The notes under the pieces: generated by a model
Databases searched by the model: none
What the model was told of the DNA's origin: nothing
Seen by the model: the letters and a program-made list of their open reading frames with translations, nothing else
Assembly: GCF_000009705.1 (NCBI RefSeq)
Contig: NC_003272.1
Span: 3,570,001-3,602,000 of the forward strand
DNA from: Nostoc sp. PCC 7120 = FACHB-418
GTDB lineage: Bacteria; Cyanobacteriota; Cyanobacteriia; Cyanobacteriales; Nostocaceae
Direction: 5' to 3'
Length of the DNA: 32,000 bases
Translations under genes and position numbers: made by a program
Shown: positions 16,169 through 22,494 of the stretch, piece after piece
How positions within the stretch are numbered: position 1 is the first letter of the stretch
Layout: each line of letters opens with the position of its first letter

Positions 16169-17176
16169 GTGAAAGCCGTTCTGATGACCGCACCGGGGAA
16201 TCCTGAAGTACTGCAATTGCAGGAAGTACCCAATCCTGGCGTTCCTGTAGGTAGTACAGAACTTTTAGTTCGTTTGGTAGCGGCTGGTATTAACCCCATT
16301 GATACTAAACTACGCAAGCGTGGCACTTTTTACCCTGAGCAAATGCCTGCCATTTTAGGATGTGATGGTGCTGGTGTTGTAGAAGCTGTGGGTGCTGGTG
16401 TCCAGGGTTTTCGTGTGGGGGATGCAGTGTATTTTTGCAATGGTGGTTTAGGAGGACATCAAGGCAATTACGCTGAATATACTATTGTCGATGAACGTTT
16501 TGCTGCCCATAAGCCAGCTTCCCTGACCTTTGCTGAAGCCGCCGCCGCACCTTTGGTACTAATCACCGCTTGGGAAGCTTTATATGAACGGGGAAGATTA
16601 GAACCAAAAGAGAGGGTTTTAATTCATGCGGGTGCGGGTGGTGTTGGTCATGTAGCGATTCAATTAGCAAAATTGAAAGGTGCAATTGTTTCCACTACGG
16701 TTGGTTCGGAAGATAAGGCGAATTTTGTAAAACAACTGGGTGCGGATCATGTGATTTTATATAAAAATACAGATTTTGCCCAAGCTGCTTTAGATTGGAC
16801 GAACGGGGAAGGTGTAGATTTAGCTTTTGATACTGTTGGCGGTGAAACTTTTCACAAAACCTTTCCCGCAGTGCGTATCTATGGCGATATTGTGACGATT
16901 TTGGAACCAGATGCAAATACAGTTTGGAAAGTTGCCAGAAACCGCAATTTACGCATTGGCTTGGAATTAATGCTGACACCGATGTTGTTAAATTTAGTGG
17001 AGGCGCAGCAACACCAGGCAGAAATTTTGACAGAATGTGCTGATTGGATTGATCAAGGTAAGTTAAAAATTCACGTTAGTCATAAGTTTCCTTTGCAAGA
17101 TGCAGCTAAAGCTCATCAGTTACTTGAATCTGGCAGTATTGCGGGTAAAATTGTTCTGCTGATTAGCGATGAATGA
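16169..17176 (+). CDS. NAD(P)H:quinone oxidoreductase / zeta-crystallin-like medium-chain dehydrogenase
   Basis: MKAVL.. starts at the GTG at 16169, preceded by GGAGG 7 nt upstream. It has the GroES-like N-terminus, the nucleotide-binding motif HAGAGGVGHVAIQLAK and the C-terminal GKIVL. The ORF-track extension back to 16121 lies in repeat DNA. Confidence 0.9.
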   Translation: MKAVLMTAPGNPEVLQLQEVPNPGVPVGSTELLVRLVAAGINPIDTKLRKRGTFYPEQMPAILGCDGAGVVEAVGAGVQGFRVGDAVYFCNGGLGGHQGNYAEYTIVDERFAAHKPASLTFAEAAAAPLVLITAWEALYERGRLEPKERVLIHAGAGGVGHVAIQLAKLKGAIVSTTVGSEDKANFVKQLGADHVILYKNTDFAQAALDWTNGEGVDLAFDTVGGETFHKTFPAVRIYGDIVTILEPDANTVWKVARNRNLRIGLELMLTPMLLNLVEAQQHQAEILTECADWIDQGKLKIHVSHKFPLQDAAKAHQLLESGSIAGKIVLLISDE

Positions 17177-17188
17177 TAGAGAATCCTA

Positions 17189-19384
17189 TTGCATACGTTG
17201 TTGACTTGCTGGCGGAAAGCTAAATTTTTCATAAGTTTGTGTGCGTTGTTAGTATTATTGCTCCCTTTGCCAGTTTGGGCTGCACCAACACAACCAGAAC
17301 GCACACCCTTAACCCTAGAATTATTACAAGAGCGATTACGAACACCAACGCTACGGGAAGGGAATTTAACTGTAGATTTGCGGCAACTGGTAATTGATTT
17401 GCGTCCAGAAAACTCTATTTTTCGAGATGGATTTTATCAATTGTTGCGTAAAGAACTGCAAAAAACTGGTGCAAAACCTTTAGGTTTAGACTTGAGTTAT
17501 TCTCTGATTCAAGGGGATTTTGTGGGTAGTGATTTGGGTTTAAGAACACCTTTATACGCTCAGGCGATCGCTCCCATTTTTACCAAAACTGAACAAGAAC
17601 AATTAGAACGCTTACGCCTCGTTTGTTTGCAATCATTGGCTGTGAGTTTGCCTAATTCTAAAGATTGCCAATCACTTCTAGGAACTCAGCCAACAGTAGC
17701 AGGTGATGTGACTGTTTTTCGCGGTGCCTTAACCCTGGAACAAACCCGATTTAATGGAGAAGTAACATTTGTTAATACCTTTTTTCTGCAATCTGTCAAT
17801 GCTAAAAATGCTACTTTTCTCCAGCCTACTAACTGGCATGAAAGTAGATTTAGTCGTCCTGTAAACTTTAATAATGCCAGTTTTAGACAAGCCTGTAATT
17901 TTCAAGACAGTGTTTTCTTTGATAAAGCTAATTTCAAACAAACTCAATTTCAGGAGACAGCTAATTTTCAAAGAATCTCTTTTGAAAATGTGGCTAATTT
18001 TAACGAAGCTCAGTTTAAGCAATTGGCTAAATTTGGTGGTGTCCAGTGGCAAGATAATGCTGATTTCTCTGGGGTAAGATTTGCCAATCAAGCACAGTTT
18101 ACCAGAGCTAGTTTTAATCAGTCACTATCTTTAGTAGAAACAACTTTTGAGCAAGCCGTCATTTTTCGAGAAGCATTATTTAATCGACCTGTAGATTTAC
18201 GTGGTGCAAGTATTCTCAATCAAGCAGATTTTAGTGATGCCATATTTTCTTCGGCATCATTTTTAAATGTCCCTGGATTAACTTTTAATTCTAATCAAGC
18301 AAAAATTTTAGGTAATCCTGGGCAAATTGGACAAATGTTTGATATCCCTACATTACAAGGTAATCAAAATGTTTTGCGAAATTTAGGGCAGAATTTCCGG
18401 CAGCAACAGCAAGTTGCCGATGCGAATCAATTAGAATATACCAAGCAACAATTACGCCTCAAAGAGTTAAGTAAACGTTTAATTGGCACAAATATTAATA
18501 GTGCCTTGGTAGCAAGTTTAGTTAAGTTGGGTTTTTCTCCTACACAAGCAAATGTCATTGACCAACGTCGGCAAATAAAAGCATTTCGCAATAGTAGTGA
18601 GTTATTGAGTTTAGCCGACATTGATTTAGAAATATACAATAAACTGAGCGATCGCCTGGTAGTTGCGGAACCTCTCTCCTTGGGAAGCTGGTTGCTGGAA
18701 GCTTGGCTGTGGTTAGCTTTGAGTGTATTACTGTTGTTGAGTGGCTACGGTACAAACTTTTGGTTAGTATTTGGAGTGGGGGGAGTAGCGATCGCTTATT
18801 TTGGGTTAGTTTTTTGGTTGGTAGATCGCGCGCGTCGTCTGCGTCCTGTACCAATTATTCCCACCTACTACGAAACCGTTTCTGTCCTCATTAGTTTTAG
18901 TTGTTTAGAATTTTTTAGCTTATTAGCTATTTTTCAGAATGCGGAACAACCTTTGCTCACACTAGGCTGTATTTTGATTATTATCGTTCCCGTACCTGTA
19001 ACTTTATTGACTCGCCTTTATCAACAAGGTCGTTATCACGATTTAATCAATGTTTCTTACTTCACAGAAGACGGAACCTTTAGACAACTGCGGTTATTGA
19101 TTGGACGTTTACCAGTCATTCCCAGAAATCCCACCTTTCGGGAAAGATATATGCCATTATTAAGCGATCGCCATTGGAACTGGCTCAATTATTATGATTT
19201 TAGCCTCAATAATTTAGTCAGGTTGGGATTTAACGATATTCGCCTCAGAGACGAACATTTACCAGGAATTATCGCTACCCTGGCTTGGTATCAATGGAGT
19301 TTAGGCGTACTCTACATCACCTTAGTTCTGTGGACACTATCCCGCACTATCCCAGGGTTGAATCTATTAATTTATCTTAAGTAG
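17189..19384 (+). CDS. Pentapeptide-repeat protein with an N-terminal signal peptide and a C-terminal multi-pass membrane domain
   Basis: TTG start(s) at 17189-17201, with no in-frame ATG. The signal peptide is ..FFISLCALLVLLLPLPVWA/AP. About 35 pentapeptide units span roughly aa 175-355 (NFNNASFRQACNFQDSVFFDKANFKQTQFQETANFQRISFENVANF...). Several hydrophobic helices follow from about aa 495. Confidence 0.85.
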   Translation: MHTLLTCWRKAKFFISLCALLVLLLPLPVWAAPTQPERTPLTLELLQERLRTPTLREGNLTVDLRQLVIDLRPENSIFRDGFYQLLRKELQKTGAKPLGLDLSYSLIQGDFVGSDLGLRTPLYAQAIAPIFTKTEQEQLERLRLVCLQSLAVSLPNSKDCQSLLGTQPTVAGDVTVFRGALTLEQTRFNGEVTFVNTFFLQSVNAKNATFLQPTNWHESRFSRPVNFNNASFRQACNFQDSVFFDKANFKQTQFQETANFQRISFENVANFNEAQFKQLAKFGGVQWQDNADFSGVRFANQAQFTRASFNQSLSLVETTFEQAVIFREALFNRPVDLRGASILNQADFSDAIFSSASFLNVPGLTFNSNQAKILGNPGQIGQMFDIPTLQGNQNVLRNLGQNFRQQQQVADANQLEYTKQQLRLKELSKRLIGTNINSALVASLVKLGFSPTQANVIDQRRQIKAFRNSSELLSLADIDLEIYNKLSDRLVVAEPLSLGSWLLEAWLWLALSVLLLLSGYGTNFWLVFGVGGVAIAYFGLVFWLVDRARRLRPVPIIPTYYETVSVLISFSCLEFFSLLAIFQNAEQPLLTLGCILIIIVPVPVTLLTRLYQQGRYHDLINVSYFTEDGTFRQLRLLIGRLPVIPRNPTFRERYMPLLSDRHWNWLNYYDFSLNNLVRLGFNDIRLRDEHLPGIIATLAWYQWSLGVLYITLVLWTLSRTIPGLNLLIYLK

Positions 19385-19451
19385 TACCAACTCTGCGGCA
19401 AAATACAGACTAAGCTGATGCGCGTCTAAATTGCATAACTACTAATAATCG

Positions 19452-19477
19452 CTGTTAACTGTCAACTGTCAACTGTC
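19452..19477. repeat. STRR-like tandem heptamer AACTGTC x3
   Basis: CTGTT AACTGTC AACTGTC AACTGTC, in the convergent intergenic region. Confidence 0.8.
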
Positions 19478-19525
19478 CTCACAATGGATTGTGCAACTTA
19501 AAAGCAGAATAGCTTACTTGATAGT

Positions 19526-20740
19526 TTAATCCAACACAGCTAAAACAGATTTTGGCAATAATTTATCTTTAAACCAAATGATTTTTGCCGGCACATTATC
19601 CAACTTAACTCCAGCTTTTTCCAAATTCAATCTTTCGGAAATAGCCAAGATTAAATTATCACAACCAGAACGCCGCACTTGGGAAAACTTCTTTTGTAAA
19701 TATTCTGGTCGCCAATAACCAACTATTTCTAATAAAAATTCTCTCCCATCAGGATGAACTAAGCGAAAGTCGGGAATCATCACACTCCCAGGAATGGGAA
19801 TTAAATCTACTTCTCTTTCTAATACCCATGCTGTTTTTAAAGCATCCCATTTATCAGCAAAGGATGCTTCTAACATACTATCGTAGGGTTTCCCTTTGGA
19901 GTAATGAGAGACTAAACCACACTCGGAATTAAGGGTAAATCTGCCTGTTTTCCATGTATCTGTGTAGACATCACGGGTTTGTAATGTGGCTGCTAGACTC
20001 CATTTGGTGACATGAAGTAAGGCGGGGATGAGTTTGGCGATCGCTAACCCATAGCGTGTACTAGAATTAAATAAGCTGGTCGGCCCATCAACGGTGATTG
20101 TAAAGCCGTGGTCAGCATCGCCTTCAATATAAGCCATGAGTTGAAATAGCTTCAGATAGCGGAATAACAGTTTATATTCCCCTGGAACATTGCGATGAGC
20201 ATTTAAAATTAACTTGCTGGCTTTATAGAATATTCCCTGCACCTGGGACAAGTTATAGCGATTTAATATATCTACTGGTGTGGGGACATCAAAGTTTGTC
20301 AAAATTTTATTTTCAGACAAATCAGCATAAAGTCCATCACGGACTTGTTCTGATAAAACTTCCCGTTCTAATTCTTGAGTTAATTCATCAGCAATCTTGC
20401 TCAATGTCAGTTGTGTTGATTCCCGACTAGGTGCAGATTTCGCAGCCAAAGAAAATACCCGTTCTCTTAACATTGGTGGTTCTAGAGGACTCACTACTTC
20501 AAAGGTGCAGAAATTGCTTTTGATAATGTAAGCTAAACCCCGTTTTACACGATAATCTGTAGCGTCTCCTTCTAAATCCAAAAGTTGATTTTCTAAAAAG
20601 CCTTGAGTCTTACCTTGTGCTGCTTGAAAACAACTGATTAATTCATTAGTTAAATCTATGGTTTTCTGATCAATCTTCAGTCTTTTTGGTATTATTTCTT
20701 CGCCGTTTAGGCGATGGCTGAGGAGTTCCGTTGGTAGCAT
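19526..20740 (-). CDS. DUF790 family protein (Bax1-like PD-(D/E)XK endonuclease, partner of XPB-type helicases)
   Basis: ATG at 20740. The N-terminal MLPTELLSHRLNGEEIIPKRL is typical of DUF790. The C-terminal core is YDSMLEASF...WVLEREV...MIPDFRLVHPDGREFLLEIVGYWRPEYLQKK (E...D...E-x-V/K nuclease fold). It lies immediately downstream of the helicase and overlaps it. Confidence 0.82.
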   Translation of the reverse strand: MLPTELLSHRLNGEEIIPKRLKIDQKTIDLTNELISCFQAAQGKTQGFLENQLLDLEGDATDYRVKRGLAYIIKSNFCTFEVVSPLEPPMLRERVFSLAAKSAPSRESTQLTLSKIADELTQELEREVLSEQVRDGLYADLSENKILTNFDVPTPVDILNRYNLSQVQGIFYKASKLILNAHRNVPGEYKLLFRYLKLFQLMAYIEGDADHGFTITVDGPTSLFNSSTRYGLAIAKLIPALLHVTKWSLAATLQTRDVYTDTWKTGRFTLNSECGLVSHYSKGKPYDSMLEASFADKWDALKTAWVLEREVDLIPIPGSVMIPDFRLVHPDGREFLLEIVGYWRPEYLQKKFSQVRRSGCDNLILAISERLNLEKAGVKLDNVPAKIIWFKDKLLPKSVLAVLD

Positions 20741-22223
20741 TTCCCTGGTTGTTAGCTGATGAATTATCGACTACATAATTGATTTCTATTTGCTCGGCAG
20801 CTTTAGCGGTTGTTCCCTTACCACTGCCATAAACTACTTGTAAATTTGCTTTCTTATCTTCCCCGCGTCGCCGTGCCGAAGTATTTTCCTCACTGGTATC
20901 TTCCGCTATCACTTCATATAAAATCGCCTGTTTATTTTGAATATTTCCCTTACGTAAAATTCTTCCTAAACGTTGAATATATTCTCTAGTTGAACCTGTC
21001 CCAGATAAAATAATGGCGATAGCAGCAGCCGGCACATCAACACCTTCATTCAACACATGGGAAGCAACTAAAGTATTATATTCACCTTCTCGAAATTTAG
21101 TTAAAATTTCGTGGCGTTCTTTGACTGGTGTTTGATGAGTAATGGCGGGAATTAGTAAATCTTGAGATATTTTATAAACGGTAGCATTATCAGCCGTGAA
21201 AATTAACACTCGTTCTGGATAATGCTTGGCGAGTAAATTAGCTAAAATTCTTAACTTGCTATCAGTACCCAAGGCGATTTCTTTGGCTTCACGGTGCGCT
21301 AACATAGCTCTACGTCCAGATTGCGATCGCGCACTCATCTGCACAAACATCTGCCAGCCTTGTATACTACCCAAGGAAACCTTTGATTGGCGCAAAAAAT
21401 CGTTGCGAATTTGAATTAAATTGTTGTATCTTTCCCGTTCCTGCTGGGATAACTTCACCTTAATTTGCACAATTTCGTGTTCAGCTAGCGCCTTCCCCGC
21501 CAAATCTTCAGCACGTTTGCGGTACACTTCCTGACCAATGAGAATATTCAAATCGGCGTGTTTACCATCGGTGCGTTCTGGGGTGGCTGATAATCCCAGA
21601 CGGTAGGGAGCGATCGCATACTCGGCAATCACTTTGCTAAAATCGGTAGGTAAATGATGGCACTCATCAAAGACAATCAAAGCATACTGATTCCCCAAGG
21701 CTTCGGCGTGAATGGCTGCACTATCGTAAGTTGCAACTAAAACTGGTGATTTATCCCGCGAACCACCCCCAAGTAACCCCACTTCAGCATCGGGAAACGC
21801 CGCCACCAAATGAGCATACCATTGGTGCATCAAGTCTAAAGTCGGCACAACAATTAAGGTAGTCCGTGGTGTGGCCTGCATCGCCAACTGCGCCAGATAA
21901 GTCTTTCCCGCCGCCGTTGGTAACACCACCACCCCCTGTCTTCCCGCTAGTTTCCAAGCTGCTAGAGCCTCACTCTGATGGGGATAGGGTTCCATTTCTA
22001 AACTAGGAACCAAATCTATGGGGTAAAATTGCTTGGCTTCATCGATGAAAAATACGTCTTCCGCTTGCAGTGCTTCCACCACAGCGCGATATCTCATCGC
22101 CGGAATCCGAAATTTTTCTACTCTATCATCCCACGTAGCATAATCCATCCAGGCTTTGCCCCGTGGTGGTGGATGCAGAATTAGTGTACCGCGATCGTAG
22201 CTTAAGGTGGGAGTGCGAGCCAT
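20670..22223 (-). CDS. XPB/ERCC3-like superfamily 2 DNA helicase (DEAD/DEAH, ResIII type)
   Basis: ATG at 22223. Motifs present are LPTAAGKT (I), FDECHH (II), GLSATPERTDG (III plus the position of the XPB RED motif), LNEGVDVP (V) and QRLGRILR (VI). The N-terminal LSYDRGTLIL resembles the XPB damage-recognition domain. The C-terminal tail is low-complexity and basic. Confidence 0.88.
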   Translation of the reverse strand: MARTPTLSYDRGTLILHPPPRGKAWMDYATWDDRVEKFRIPAMRYRAVVEALQAEDVFFIDEAKQFYPIDLVPSLEMEPYPHQSEALAAWKLAGRQGVVVLPTAAGKTYLAQLAMQATPRTTLIVVPTLDLMHQWYAHLVAAFPDAEVGLLGGGSRDKSPVLVATYDSAAIHAEALGNQYALIVFDECHHLPTDFSKVIAEYAIAPYRLGLSATPERTDGKHADLNILIGQEVYRKRAEDLAGKALAEHEIVQIKVKLSQQERERYNNLIQIRNDFLRQSKVSLGSIQGWQMFVQMSARSQSGRRAMLAHREAKEIALGTDSKLRILANLLAKHYPERVLIFTADNATVYKISQDLLIPAITHQTPVKERHEILTKFREGEYNTLVASHVLNEGVDVPAAAIAIILSGTGSTREYIQRLGRILRKGNIQNKQAILYEVIAEDTSEENTSARRRGEDKKANLQVVYGSGKGTTAKAAEQIEINYVVDNSSANNQGNATNGTPQPSPKRRRNNTKKTED

Positions 22224-22324
22224 TGGAAAATTGGGGAATTTGGGAACCTCTCTAAGAATAAGGGGTGATGGTAACTGATACTAGAATACCAATTCCGTGT
22301 TCCAAGAAGAACCCCTCCCCTGCT

Positions 22325-22348
22325 AGGCTACCGTCTACACACACAAGT
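22325..22348. repeat. Solo terminal repeat related to the 6727-6968 MITE end
   Basis: AGGCTACCGTCTACACACACAAGT compares with AGGCTACCGTGTACACACAAGT at 6732-6753. Confidence 0.45.
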
Positions 22349-22378
22349 CTGATCAACCTTGCCCCATAACCCATTAAT

Positions 22379-22477
22379 TATAGCTGTCGCCAGTAGTGTT
22401 AGGACATCATATAGATGATACAACCTAGACACAACAAGACTTTTCACCCAGTCCCCAGTCCCCAGTCCCCAGCTATA
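22379..22477 (-). mobile_element. Inverted copy (99 bp) of the TIR/STRR1 MITE-like element
   Basis: The reverse complement reads TATAGCTG-(GGGGACT)x3.5-GGTGAAAAGTCTTGTTGTGTCTAGGTTGTATCAT..GATGTCCTAACACTACTGGCGACAGCTATA. By hand alignment it is about 90% identical to 15953-16068. Confidence 0.65.
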
Positions 22478-22494
22478 ATAGCTCACAACCTAAG

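Noticed and set aside
17729-18091. 120-aa minus-strand ORF and 67-aa plus-strand ORF (17874-18077) inside the pentapeptide-repeat region.
   Set aside because: Periodic 15-nt repeat DNA keeps alternative frames open. Both lie entirely inside a coherent 731-aa CDS.
15953-22477. Composite transposon interpretation of the block between the inverted MITE-like copies.
   Set aside because: No transposase, integrase or recombinase ORF lies inside or adjacent. The flanking elements are about 100 bp and non-coding. I kept this only as a possible inversion or cassette boundary.
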